Shown: positions 45,861 to 55,181 of the stretch, piece by piece | Numbering within the stretch: the stretch's first letter is position 1 | How the letters are laid out: every line of letters starts with the position of its first letter | Source: Patescibacteria group bacterium | GTDB lineage: Bacteria; Patescibacteriota; UBA1384; XYA2-FULL-43-10; CAINNR01 | Length of the DNA stretch: 64,000 bases | NCBI GenBank assembly: GCA_041651295.1 | Contig: JBAZJN010000003.1 | Location: 14,016-78,015, forward strand | Reading direction: 5' to 3' | Notes under the pieces: generated by a model | What the model was told of the DNA's origin: nothing | What the model saw: the letters and a program-made list of their open reading frames with translations, nothing else | The model's database searches: none | Position numbers and translations under genes: made by a program

Positions 45861-46250
45861 CTACTTTAAAATCCCTTGCTCATCTAATGCTTTTTCTATT
45901 CTCTTCAATCTTCTTTCTGTTTCTAATTGCTTCTGCGCTTCTAATAATTTGCTGGTTAAGAAACCAATACAATTAGCAGCTTTGATGTCTAAACTGCCAT
46001 CTGGATCAACTTGTCTGACTCGGTTAATGGTATCGGCAAGCAAATAAGCAACCATTTTACCATCTGTTAGAATGTCGATTGGATCAGCTTGAATTAATCC
46101 TTTTTTGTAACAACTCACCTGTCCGCCTTTTCTGCCGGCTTCTTTTACTTGATCTTTAGTATTCGGATCATGCATGAAACAGAATTTACTGTTGTGCATT
46201 GCGTTAGCTTTGCACTGCTTACCATTGTTCATTACTTGTTCGCATGTCAT
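45861..46250 (-). CDS. Hypothetical phage-type small protein
   Basis: 129 aa, with a Cys/His cluster (CKANAMHNSKFCFMH) and an EAGRKGGQ motif. Confidence 0.55.
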   Translation of the reverse strand: MTCEQVMNNGKQCKANAMHNSKFCFMHDPNTKDQVKEAGRKGGQVSCYKKGLIQADPIDILTDGKMVAYLLADTINRVRQVDPDGSLDIKAANCIGFLTSKLLEAQKQLETERRLKRIEKALDEQGILK

Positions 46251-46618
46251 TTTTTCCTCTCGTTTTATTGATTAAGCTATGGGGTGTTTACACTGCTGTA
46301 TCTTGTCCTCGAATTGAGAAGGGTATAAGTTTTTTCTTTTTTTGTGACATTTTGCCTCCTTTCGACGAGTTAGTTTGCTTACAAAAAAACACCTGCGACA
46401 GGTATGTGGATTTAGCGTCCTTCACACCAATACGCACGTGCTTTATTCGCACTTATTCTGCCTTAGCGGCATTTCTTTTGTTATCCTCAGTATAATCAAC
46501 CGAAGTTGCTTGTCAACAATCGGTTTAGAAAACTTACGCTTGTTTACATTCTAAATTATTAACAATATTGTAAAAATAGATAGTACCAAAGCTAATAATT
46601 AAATAGGAGAAACAAAGT

Positions 46619-48175
46619 ATGAAAGTAGCCATTTATTTGCGAGTTTCCACAATGGATCAGGCGACCAGAGGCAACACTAATCGAGACGGTTTTTCTATCC
46701 CGGCACAGCGCGAAGCTTGCCGTCATAAAGCCGAAAGTCTTAAAGCCACTACTATTCAGGAGTATACGGATCGCGGCGAAAGTGCCCGTTCGGCTGCAAG
46801 ACCAGCGCTGCAACGATTATTGGCTGACCTGGGCAAAAAGAAAAGCTTCGATTATGTTATCGTTCATAAAATTGATCGTCTGGCCAGAAGTACGTTTGAT
46901 GACGTCACCATTTGTTTAGCTATCAAGGAAAGTGGAGCTCAACTAGTTTCTGTCACTGAGAATATCGATGACTCTCCTTCAGGTGGCTTGATGCATGGAA
47001 TTATGGCTTCCATCGCCGAATTTTACAGTCGTAATTTGGCGGCGGAAGCACTAAAAGGTGCAGTCGAAAAAGCCAAGCAAGGCGGAACGCCATACATGGC
47101 ACCAATTGGATATACCAACATAATTGAGAGGATCAATCACAGAGAAAATCGAACTGTTATTCTTGATTCTGAACGCGCCCCACTTATTATCTGGGGCATT
47201 GAGCATTATGCCACCGGCGATTACAGCAAAACACAATTACGCGAAGAGTTGATAAAACGAGGTTTGAAAAATCGTCCCAATGTTAATAATCCAATCAGTC
47301 TGACTAGTTTGGATCGGATGCTAAGTAATCGATATTATCTTGGCTATGTAAATTATTGCGGGGTTGAATACAAAGGGAATCACCAACCTTTGGTGACGCC
47401 AGCAGTTTTTGCCGCAGTTCAAGCCGTTCGATCAAGTCAGAAATCTCATCGCGGTAAGAGTCATAAAAATTTTCATTATCTATCCAGACTGCTAGTTTGT
47501 GAGCGTTGCCATCGTCATCTTTGTTTTGCAATTTGCAAACGCCGATACTCATATTTCTTTTGTATGAACCGAAAGGACACAGGTTGTGAACAACCATATA
47601 TTCCACTGACTTTAATCGAAGAAAAAATCATAGATGCCTTCAAACAAATGAATTTATCCAAAAATGATCATGAAAAAATAGCATCTGGAATCGATGAGGA
47701 ATTAAAAGCCGGTCGAATCCAAGCAGAATTTGAGATAAAAAGGCAAAAGCAGCGAATTAATCGACTCGAAATCGAGCAAGAAAACATGCTACAGGCGTAT
47801 TACGATAAAATCATCGAACCGGATTTAATGAAAAAGGAACAAAAGAGGCTAAATAAGGAGATTAAATCAGCTCAAATTGTTACCTCAGATTCAGAAAAAC
47901 GATTATCGGTTATCAATAATAGGAGAGTTCGCGCTCTGGAAATAGCCAGCGACTTAGATATTGGTAATACTTATTTGAAAGCCAACCCGGTGATAAAGAG
48001 ACATTTCTGCCAAGCACTATTTTCGGAGATTGCCATTAATGATCAACCAGATGGTCAGATGAAAGTATATTGGTGGCAGAAAGAGCATCACGTCACTGTA
48101 AAGGTCAATTGGCATCAGCCAATCAACATTCGCCACATTACCGAAGCTATTTTAATGTTATCCCTTGAAAGGTAA
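46619..48175 (+). CDS. Large serine recombinase
   Basis: 518 aa. The resolvase domain is VAIYLRVSTMDQ...HKIDRLARS. A recombinase domain, a zinc ribbon (CERCHRHL...) and a coiled coil follow. AGGAGA lies upstream. Confidence 0.9.
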   Translation: MKVAIYLRVSTMDQATRGNTNRDGFSIPAQREACRHKAESLKATTIQEYTDRGESARSAARPALQRLLADLGKKKSFDYVIVHKIDRLARSTFDDVTICLAIKESGAQLVSVTENIDDSPSGGLMHGIMASIAEFYSRNLAAEALKGAVEKAKQGGTPYMAPIGYTNIIERINHRENRTVILDSERAPLIIWGIEHYATGDYSKTQLREELIKRGLKNRPNVNNPISLTSLDRMLSNRYYLGYVNYCGVEYKGNHQPLVTPAVFAAVQAVRSSQKSHRGKSHKNFHYLSRLLVCERCHRHLCFAICKRRYSYFFCMNRKDTGCEQPYIPLTLIEEKIIDAFKQMNLSKNDHEKIASGIDEELKAGRIQAEFEIKRQKQRINRLEIEQENMLQAYYDKIIEPDLMKKEQKRLNKEIKSAQIVTSDSEKRLSVINNRRVRALEIASDLDIGNTYLKANPVIKRHFCQALFSEIAINDQPDGQMKVYWWQKEHHVTVKVNWHQPINIRHITEAILMLSLER

Positions 48176-48183
48176 AAACTGTT

Positions 48184-48227
48184 AAATGGCACACACCTTT
48201 TTTATAGTGTGCCAAAATGTGCCATTT
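48184..48227. repeat. 44-bp site with 10-bp terminal inverted repeats just after the recombinase stop
   Basis: aaatggcaca, then 24 nt, then tgtgccattt. An inner pair ggcacac / gtgtgcc is also present. Confidence 0.55.
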
Positions 48228-48368
48228 ACTCTCAAATTGGTTAAAAAATGATACACTTGGCTGATGGTAGTGTCTCACTTTTTTGAGTTGCCAAATTAGC
48301 CTCAATGAGGTATAGTGAAAGAGGTAAAAGGTACTAGACTAGTAGGGGGTACCATTAAATTTATTTAT

Positions 48369-48842
48369 ATGTGGAAAAAAGTATTACGATCCATCGAAGA
48401 ATATTATTCTGAAAAGATCGCAGATCTTAATCGGCAGATTGAGGAGAAAAGAGATAGCGCGGCCAAATCTCCAGGTTCGATGCAATCTTGGTCTGATAAA
48501 AGCAAGCAGGAATTCTCCCAACTGGCAAACGCTCTATTAAAGAATCTGGAACCGCTCAAGATTTCTTTAAAATCAGTTAAGGAAATTCTTAGTACCAAAA
48601 ATAAATCAAATGCTATTTCAATTGGATCAATCATTAAAACAAAATCGGATGAAGAAGACCAGGAACGTCTTGTTATAGTTCCTGGTGTTGGCGGAGATCA
48701 AATTATTGTTGATGATATTGAATATTTCCTCTTGTCAGCAAAATCAGAACTCGCAAATCAATTATTAGAAAAAAAACCTGGCCAGAAATTGACTTTGAAG
48801 TCAGGTACAGAAATAACAATCATTGAAGTAATAAACAGCTAA
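48369..48842 (+). CDS. GreA/GreB-like C-terminal domain protein
   Basis: A coiled-coil N-terminus is followed by LSAKSELANQLLEKKPGQKLTL, which resembles GreA xSPLGxALLGKKxGD. I chose the start at MWKKV. Confidence 0.55.
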   Translation: MWKKVLRSIEEYYSEKIADLNRQIEEKRDSAAKSPGSMQSWSDKSKQEFSQLANALLKNLEPLKISLKSVKEILSTKNKSNAISIGSIIKTKSDEEDQERLVIVPGVGGDQIIVDDIEYFLLSAKSELANQLLEKKPGQKLTLKSGTEITIIEVINS

Positions 48843-50021
48843 CTACAGTACTATTTTGACAAAAGTCTTTTTGCCGATGCGAAGAATGGTTTCTTTGGTT
48901 GGTGCAAAATTTATTTCATTAATTTTATTTCCGTCGGCAGTTTTTACCGCCCCGTTTTCAACCAACCGGCGCCATTCCGAGCCTGAGGAAACAATATTTT
49001 TCGAAACTAATAATTGCATGACCGACTGGCCTTTTTCCAATTTAACTTCTTCAATATCGGTTGGAATTTCACCTTTGGAAAATGTATCAACGAAACTTTT
49101 TTCAGCTTTTTCAGCAACATTTTTCGTATGAAGAAGTGTGACAATCTCTTTGGCTAAACGGATTTTTGCGTCGCGAGGGTTCAGTTTCCCAATTAACATC
49201 TCGCGTTTCATCACTTTGACTTCGTCCATAGGAACACGAGTCAAAAGCTCAAAATACTTAACAATTAATTCGTCCTTAATGGACATTATTTTGCCAAACA
49301 TTTCGTTTGCCGAATCAGTTAAATTAATTGTGTTTCCCCAACTCGAACTCATCTTCCGACCATCTGTCCCTTCAATCAAAGTGTTGGTAATTATATCCTG
49401 AGGTGCCTGACCAAAATGCTTTTGCAGATCGCGACCAGCAAGTAAATTAAAGCGCTGATCAGTTCCGCCCAATTCAACATCGGCTTTGATGGCGACAGAA
49501 TCGTAACCCTGCATTATTGGGTATAATACTTCGCGCAGCGAAACCCGTCTCCCTTCATCCAATCGTTTTTTAATATTCTCACGAGCAATAAAGTTATTGA
49601 CAGAAAAAACATCCGCTTGCTCGCCAATTTTATTGTAGGTCAAATCACGTAACCATTCGCTATTATAACGAATTTCACATTTATCAATATCAATAATCTT
49701 TCCAGCTTGTTCAATATACTTCTCGAGATTTTTTTTGATTATTTCTGAAGTAAGCATTGGCCGTTCTGAATCTTTGTCTGATGTATCGCCAATGACACCT
49801 GTAAAATCACCGATGATTAGAACTATTTTGTGTCCGAGATTTTGAAAATCTCGGAGTTTCATCAATGGCACTGCCCTACCTAGATGAATATTCGGACTTG
49901 TTGGGTCAATACCAAGTTTTATCCGTAGTTTTTTGCCGGACTCAAATTTCTTTTTTAAAGAATCGATTTCAATAACTTCTTCGACTCCTCGGGTTAGAAG
50001 TTCGTTAATTTTCTCGTTCAT
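48843..50021 (-). CDS. tyrS: Tyrosine--tRNA ligase
   Basis: 392 aa. The HIGH region is PTSPNIHLGRAV, KMSKS appears as KMSSS, GDFTGVIGDTS is present, and there is a C-terminal S4-like domain. Confidence 0.9.
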   Translation of the reverse strand: MNEKINELLTRGVEEVIEIDSLKKKFESGKKLRIKLGIDPTSPNIHLGRAVPLMKLRDFQNLGHKIVLIIGDFTGVIGDTSDKDSERPMLTSEIIKKNLEKYIEQAGKIIDIDKCEIRYNSEWLRDLTYNKIGEQADVFSVNNFIARENIKKRLDEGRRVSLREVLYPIMQGYDSVAIKADVELGGTDQRFNLLAGRDLQKHFGQAPQDIITNTLIEGTDGRKMSSSWGNTINLTDSANEMFGKIMSIKDELIVKYFELLTRVPMDEVKVMKREMLIGKLNPRDAKIRLAKEIVTLLHTKNVAEKAEKSFVDTFSKGEIPTDIEEVKLEKGQSVMQLLVSKNIVSSGSEWRRLVENGAVKTADGNKINEINFAPTKETILRIGKKTFVKIVL

Positions 50022-50059
50022 GCTTTGATAGTAGCACTTTTACGAGCATCCGAAAAGCG

Positions 50060-50088
50060 TTGACATAATGATTCATTTATGGTAATTT
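50060..50088 (+). promoter_or_regulatory. Sigma-70-like promoter candidate
   Basis: TTGACA (50060-65), a 17-nt spacer, then TAATTT (50083-88). Confidence 0.3.
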
Positions 50089-50264
50089 CTGGACGAAGGA
50101 GAGTGATCGCTGTGCATGAAACGCATGTGCTAACCTGGATCATCATGATAGTCGGAACGCTCTGGGGTTGGGGGATGGCGATTTGGGATCTGCGCGGGGC
50201 GCGCGAAACCTTTCGCCAGGGTAAGCAGGACAAAGTCGGCCCGTTTTTTTATTGGCTAAAATAA
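50079..50264 (+). CDS. Small membrane protein in a GC-rich patch (probable GTG start at 50112, giving 50 aa)
   Basis: AAGGAGAG lies 8 nt upstream of GTG 50112. There is one TM helix (LTWIIMIVGTLWGWGMAIW). GC is far above the flanks. A 16-bp hairpin starts at the stop codon. Confidence 0.45.
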   Translation: MVISGRRRVIAVHETHVLTWIIMIVGTLWGWGMAIWDLRGARETFRQGKQDKVGPFFYWLK

Positions 50265-50302
50265 TATGGCCGGCGCAGGGGGAGAACGCCGGCCATATTA
50301 TT
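50260..50302. terminator. Perfect 16-bp GC-rich hairpin (likely bidirectional terminator)
   Basis: Stem aataatatggccggcg, an 11-nt loop, then stem cgccggccatattatt. On the minus strand it is followed by tttt, downstream of the histidine kinase gene. Confidence 0.65.
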
Positions 50303-50452
50303 ATCCAAATTAATTAATAATTATGAATTTGCGGATATTTGACCAAACGAATTTGCTTTCCCCTGAACCGTGATCGCCTGCCCTCGACTTACACTTTATA
50401 AAAATATTTTAGGACTAATTTCTGAGAAAAAGCTTAAAAAAAAAGGAAATTA

Positions 50453-51454
50453 TTAGAATTTTACAGTAAATTCGCTTCCCTTTCCAGGAGCCGAGTCAAC
50501 GAAAATTTTTGCTTTGTGCAGATCAGCAATCCTTTTGGCGATAGACAAACCAAGACCATATCCGTCGGCTTTTTCTTTATTGCGCGACTGATCCGCACGA
50601 TAGAATCGATCGAAAATATGAGGTATCTCCGAGTTTTTTAGACCAACTCCCCGATCCTTAACTTTCACCAAAAAGTCCTTGCCCTCCTTGGTAATCTTTA
50701 CATTAATTTTTGAACCTGTCGGACTGTATTTAATTGCATTATCAAAAAGGATAATAAATAATTCGCTTAAAGATGTTTTGTCGCCCAAAATTTTTCCCTT
50801 GATTAATTTGGCGTCAAAATCAATTTCTTTCTTCGCCGCAACAGATTCAACTTTTTCAAACGCTTCAGCAATTACCTCATCTAAATTAATTATCGAAAAA
50901 TCTAATCTTTCAATCTCGTCAAATTTTGAAAGTTTCAGAAGCGCAGAGGACAAATCTTGTAATTTCTCAATTTCTTCCAAGTTCGAATCTAAAAGTTTTT
51001 TTGCTCCAGCAAGGGTTAAAGCATGGTCTCTTAAATTTACTTCGATTTCTGATTTAATCGCAGCCAGAGGAGTTTTTAGTTCATGTGATGCGTCGGCAGT
51101 AAAACGATTTTGCTCCCCAATAGCTTCTTCAAGAGGTTTTAATGTCCAGCGGGCAAAAAAGTAGCTGCCGAATCCGGCTAAAATCAAAATCAAAAGATTG
51201 TAGTAAAACAAATTCTTTTTCAACCGATTTAAACTTTCATCAATCTGATTACGTTTGAGATTTTCTAAATCATCAAGCAAATGGTTGTCCGACCATTGGG
51301 GTGATCCTTGTAATATTTGCCCTTGGCGCCCCAAACCACGATCGATTTCATTTGAGGAGATTTGAAAAATTGCCAAAGAAAAAATAACGCTGATGACCAT
51401 TATCACCAAAACATAAAACACTGTCAGTTTGGTTAAGGCGGAATTAATCCTCAT
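50453..51454 (-). CDS. Sensor histidine kinase
   Basis: 333 aa with two TM helices, the HisKA H-box ASHELKTPL, and the HATPase N, G1 and G2 boxes (NAIKYS, DRGVG, GYGLGLS). Confidence 0.9.
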   Translation of the reverse strand: MRINSALTKLTVFYVLVIMVISVIFSLAIFQISSNEIDRGLGRQGQILQGSPQWSDNHLLDDLENLKRNQIDESLNRLKKNLFYYNLLILILAGFGSYFFARWTLKPLEEAIGEQNRFTADASHELKTPLAAIKSEIEVNLRDHALTLAGAKKLLDSNLEEIEKLQDLSSALLKLSKFDEIERLDFSIINLDEVIAEAFEKVESVAAKKEIDFDAKLIKGKILGDKTSLSELFIILFDNAIKYSPTGSKINVKITKEGKDFLVKVKDRGVGLKNSEIPHIFDRFYRADQSRNKEKADGYGLGLSIAKRIADLHKAKIFVDSAPGKGSEFTVKF

Positions 51455-52127
51455 CTGCTGTTAATTTATAGCCAAACCCCCTGGCTGTTTTTATCATTTT
51501 TTTACTCTCGGGGTGGCCTTTGTCAATTTTATTTCGTAAATAACCAATATATACTTCAACGGTGTTGGGCAGTATGTCTGCATCATAATCCCAAACATGG
51601 GAAATAATGTTGTCTTTAGTCAGAATCCTATCCGGATTGCGCATCAAATATTCCAAAAGTGAAAATTCTTTAGATGATAATGGAATATTTTTGCCTTTGC
51701 GACTAACTTCATAATTCGAAGTATTGAGCGAAAGACTACCAACTGTCAATATATTTCCGTCTACTTTTTGTGGTCGCCGAATAAGAGCCCGAACTCTGGC
51801 TAATAGTTCCAAAAAAGCAAACGGTTTTGTTAGATAATCATCGGCGCCACAATTCAAACCTTCTACTTTATCATTTAGCCGATCTTTAGCTGTGAGCATT
51901 ATAATCGGTATATGGTTATTTTTTTCTCGCAAAATTCGGCAAATTTCTATGCCATCAATTTCCGGTAGCATCCGATCGAGGATTATAACATCGTAATCAA
52001 TTGTTAATGCCTGACCAAGACCGTCTTTACCGTCAAAAGAAATATCAACAGCAAAATGTTCCTGTTCAAGTCCTTTCTTTATTGCATTAGCAATTTTGTG
52101 GTCGTCTTCAACAATTAATAGCCTCAT
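51444..52127 (-). CDS. OmpR-family response regulator
   Basis: The receiver domain is MRLLIVEDD...DVIILDRMLP...LTAKD. The winged-helix output domain is LSSKEFSLLEYL...GFGYKL. I chose the start at MRLLIVEDD rather than 52202. Confidence 0.9.
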   Translation of the reverse strand: MRLLIVEDDHKIANAIKKGLEQEHFAVDISFDGKDGLGQALTIDYDVIILDRMLPEIDGIEICRILREKNNHIPIIMLTAKDRLNDKVEGLNCGADDYLTKPFAFLELLARVRALIRRPQKVDGNILTVGSLSLNTSNYEVSRKGKNIPLSSKEFSLLEYLMRNPDRILTKDNIISHVWDYDADILPNTVEVYIGYLRNKIDKGHPESKKMIKTARGFGYKLTADED

Positions 52128-52291
52128 AGTCAGAATATTATAGCAGAAAACTGAGAAATAGTTGAGAATCAAAAATCCCTCGATATCTCGAAGGATTTTC
52201 ATTCATATTTATACATTTTTTTGTTTTTATGTTTTTTAGATGGAACAGATCCATTCGACTCGCTAACGCTCGCCCAGGATGACACACTGTG

Positions 52292-52567
52292 TCATTTTCG
52301 AACATCTTTCTTAAGGGATCTTGCCGGTCGGAATCTTGGCATCTTTGATGCACTAATTTTAATTTTGGCTCCGGTTCGCGGATTAACTCCGGCTCTGGCC
52401 TTTCTTTTGCCAACATCGAAAGTTCCAAATCCGGTCAGTGTGACTTTTCCTCCCTTTTTGAGTTCTTTTGCAATAAGACCCAGGGCGGTGTCCACCCCAA
52501 CTGTTGCCTCTCTTCTAGACAGTCCGGTTTTTTTTGCGACTGCTTCGATCAGCATGCTTTTGTTCAT
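52292..52567 (-). CDS. hup: HU family DNA-binding protein
   Basis: MNKSMLIEAVAKKTGLSRREA...GFGTFDVGKRKARAGVNPRTG is canonical HU. Confidence 0.93.
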   Translation of the reverse strand: MNKSMLIEAVAKKTGLSRREATVGVDTALGLIAKELKKGGKVTLTGFGTFDVGKRKARAGVNPRTGAKIKISASKMPRFRPARSLKKDVRK

Positions 52568-52641
52568 ACTCTCCTTTCGCCTCCTCCATGTTATTACAAG
52601 TATATTATGGCCCAGAAGGGCTGCTAAACATATCTGAAAAT

Positions 52642-53442
52642 TTATTCGATTGGAATCAATTCGTTAATTCTAGAAATCGATGTTGTAATTTTACGCTCTG
52701 GATCTATCTCAATCAATAACGCGCTAAAATTTACATCTCCACTTGCTACTTTATGCGATGCGGGAAGTTGTGTCAAGAACTTTCCAATAATAATCTCTTT
52801 TTCAACACCCAGAACAGAAACGACAGGTCCAACCATGCCAACATCAGTAATATATCCTGTGCCCTCCGGCAAAATTGTTTCATCTGCGGTCTGAACATGG
52901 GTATGGGTGCCGATGATAGCTGCAGCTTTTCCGTCCAAATACCAACCAAAGGCAACTTTCTCTGATGTTGCTTCGGCGTGAAAATCAATAACTACCGGCA
53001 ACTTACATTTATCTTTAATATAGCGCTCTACCGCTATAAACGGATCGTCAATATCGTCCGGCATAAAAACCCGGCCTTGGGCATTGATTAGACAAATTTT
53101 TTTCTCGCCTTTTTCCAAAATTGCTGATCCGCGGCCGGGAGCATCCGGAGAATAATTTATCGGCCGCAGGATCTTTGTCTCGTCATCGTTTAAATGTTCA
53201 ATAATATCTTTATTTTTCCAAATATGATTGCCAGAGGTAAAATAATCAATTCCCGCAGCAATCATATCTTTGTAAGTGTCATACGTCATTCCGCTCCCAG
53301 AAGCCAAGTTCTCCCCGTTGGCAATGACAAAATCTACCTGATGTTTTTCCACAAGTTCCGGAATCAGTTTTTTGCAAGCATTTCTGCCCGGACGCCCAAC
53401 TATGTCCCCGATAAACAACACTTTTATTTTTTCTCTGCTCAT
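52642..53442 (-). CDS. ymdB: YmdB-family metallophosphoesterase (2',3'-cyclic-nucleotide 2'-phosphodiesterase)
   Basis: KVLFIGDIVGRPGR, ANGENLASGSGMT, DFHAEATSEK and GTHTHVQTAD are present. It lies downstream of rny, as in Firmicutes. Confidence 0.85.
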   Translation of the reverse strand: MSREKIKVLFIGDIVGRPGRNACKKLIPELVEKHQVDFVIANGENLASGSGMTYDTYKDMIAAGIDYFTSGNHIWKNKDIIEHLNDDETKILRPINYSPDAPGRGSAILEKGEKKICLINAQGRVFMPDDIDDPFIAVERYIKDKCKLPVVIDFHAEATSEKVAFGWYLDGKAAAIIGTHTHVQTADETILPEGTGYITDVGMVGPVVSVLGVEKEIIIGKFLTQLPASHKVASGDVNFSALLIEIDPERKITTSISRINELIPIE

Positions 53443-53561
53443 AATCTGAATTTGCTTTTAATTTGATTTAGAATAATTTAAGTTTTTGAATTATGAATAT
53501 CGAATCATGAATTATAGTTTTCGTCCCATGATTCTTACTTCATAATTCTTAATTCTAGTTT

Positions 53562-55085
53562 TTACTTCGCGTATTCTGTCGCTCTAATTTCACGGATCAC
53601 ATTAACCTTAATCTGACCAGGATACTGCATTTCTGATTCAACTTTTCGGGCAATTTCTTTTGACAGTTTTTCGGCACCCAAATCATCAATTTCTGACGGC
53701 AAAACCAAGACTCTAACTTCGCGACCGGCTTGAATGGCGAAAGATTTTTCAACACCCGGGAAAGTATTGGCGATATTTTCCAAATCTTTCAGCCTCTTAA
53801 TGTAGGTCTCCAACGATTCACGTCTTGCACCTGGCCTTGCAGATGATATGGCATCTGCTGCCTGGACAATCGCCGCTTCGACAGTTTCAATTTCAACGTC
53901 TTCGTGATGAGCCTCAATGGCATGAATTATCTTTGGATCGATTTTGTATTTTCGGGCAATGTCGGCAGAAATAGTCGCGTGGTTTCCCGGCACATCTTGG
54001 TCAACAGCCTTGCCCAAATCGTGCAAAAGTCCTGCAGTTTTTGCGATTCGAACATCAGCGCCTAACTCCTCGGCTAAAAGTCCGGCGATGCCGGCAACTT
54101 CGACCGAATGCTTTAATTGATTCTGTCCGTACGAGGTTCGATATTTTAGACGGCCCAAGACTTTAATAACCTCCGGAGTCAGTCCAGCGACTCCAACTTC
54201 GTAAGCCGCTTCTTCGCCGGCTCTTCTAATATCTTCAGAAACTTCTTTCTTGGCTTTTTCATACATCTCTTCAATCCTGGTCGGATTAACCCTACCATCA
54301 GCCACCAGCTTTTCCAGAGTAACTTTAGCTAATTGTCTTCGAAGTGGGTCAAACGATGACAAGACAACCATTTCAGGGGTATCATCAATGATTAAGTCAA
54401 CGCCCGTTACCTTTTCGAATGATTGAATATTTCTACCTTCCCTCCCGATAATTCGGCCTTTCATTTCATCGGAGGGAATTTGCAAAGAAGAAACTGTCGT
54501 TTCGGCTGCAAAATCCGGCGCCAGTCTTTGAATTGCTGACGCGATTATTTCTCTGGCCTTCTCGTCCGCTGATTCTTTAACAAAAGTATTCACCTCTTTA
54601 ATTTTCTTTACCAGCTCCTCTTTGCCTTCTTTTTCAGCTAAATTTAATAGGACATCTTTGGCTTCATCCTTGTTCATCTTGGCAATTCGCTCAAGGCTTT
54701 CTTCTTGCTTAACCCGCAAATCCCGAAGTGTTTGTTTAAGTTGATCAACATCTTCAGCTTTTTTCGATACATTTTTTCTCTCGGCCTCAAGCTGATCGAA
54801 TTTTTTATCTAAACCAATTTCACGATTTCGCAGAGATCTCTCAAGCTCAGCGATTTCCTTTTCTTTAGGAGCCAACTCTTTTTTAATGTCCTCTTTAATC
54901 TTTAACGCTTCATCTTTTGCCGAAATTAAAACATCTTTCGACTCTGACTTAGCGTCGGCAATAATTTTGTCCGCACGATTTTTAGCACTATCAACTTTCT
55001 TACTTGTGAGAGCCCGAAATAAAACAAATCCAATCCCACCGCCAACTATAAAAGCGGCAATAGTAATTAATATTGTTGTCAACAC
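53562..55085 (-). CDS. rny: Ribonuclease Y
   Basis: 507 aa with an N-terminal TM helix, a coiled coil, a KH domain (GRIIGREGRNIQSFE) and an HD domain (LLHDLGKA). Confidence 0.93.
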   Translation of the reverse strand: MLTTILITIAAFIVGGGIGFVLFRALTSKKVDSAKNRADKIIADAKSESKDVLISAKDEALKIKEDIKKELAPKEKEIAELERSLRNREIGLDKKFDQLEAERKNVSKKAEDVDQLKQTLRDLRVKQEESLERIAKMNKDEAKDVLLNLAEKEGKEELVKKIKEVNTFVKESADEKAREIIASAIQRLAPDFAAETTVSSLQIPSDEMKGRIIGREGRNIQSFEKVTGVDLIIDDTPEMVVLSSFDPLRRQLAKVTLEKLVADGRVNPTRIEEMYEKAKKEVSEDIRRAGEEAAYEVGVAGLTPEVIKVLGRLKYRTSYGQNQLKHSVEVAGIAGLLAEELGADVRIAKTAGLLHDLGKAVDQDVPGNHATISADIARKYKIDPKIIHAIEAHHEDVEIETVEAAIVQAADAISSARPGARRESLETYIKRLKDLENIANTFPGVEKSFAIQAGREVRVLVLPSEIDDLGAEKLSKEIARKVESEMQYPGQIKVNVIREIRATEYAK

Positions 55086-55181
55086 TTGTTCCTACTTTCA
55101 TAATCAAAATAAATTAAGAGTTACTGATACAATAGTAGCTCTTTTTTCATTTTTCGTCAACGAAAGTTTGCGACTCTGGAA

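Larger units (their letters stand above)
28387..48227. mobile_element. Composite accessory region (defence island plus phage-like module) bracketed by two outward-facing large serine recombinase genes
   Basis: Recombinase genes sit at 28387-29751 (-) and 46619-48175 (+). Between them are restriction-modification, STAND/HEPN, terminase and phage-type methyltransferase genes. Housekeeping genes resume at 48369. I found no flanking direct repeats, so the exact ends are undetermined. The left limit may extend to about 25.45 kb. Confidence 0.55.

Noticed and set aside
46251-46618. A possible small minus-strand RNA or terminator (acctg-tcgc-caggt plus T7 near 46385-46410) and a 19-aa mini-ORF with AGGAGG upstream of the third recombinase.
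   Set aside because: The stem is only 5 bp, and I could not define a promoter or a target. It is noted but not supported well enough to call as a feature.
50022-50460. A T-box leader for tyrS, or alternatively a 6S, SRP or RNase P-like RNA in the GC-rich patch upstream of tyrS.
   Set aside because: No GGTGGTACCGCG-like T-box sequence or terminator/antiterminator pair appears on the tyrS strand. I also could not find the SRP domain IV or RNase P conserved blocks. The plus-strand Shine-Dalgarno sequence, GTG and TM-helix ORF explain the patch better. An Rfam scan would settle this.
52138-52637. ORFs 52138-52428 (-) and 52221-52637 (+) around the HU gene.
   Set aside because: They overlap the canonical hup ORF (52292-52567) and have no motifs of their own.
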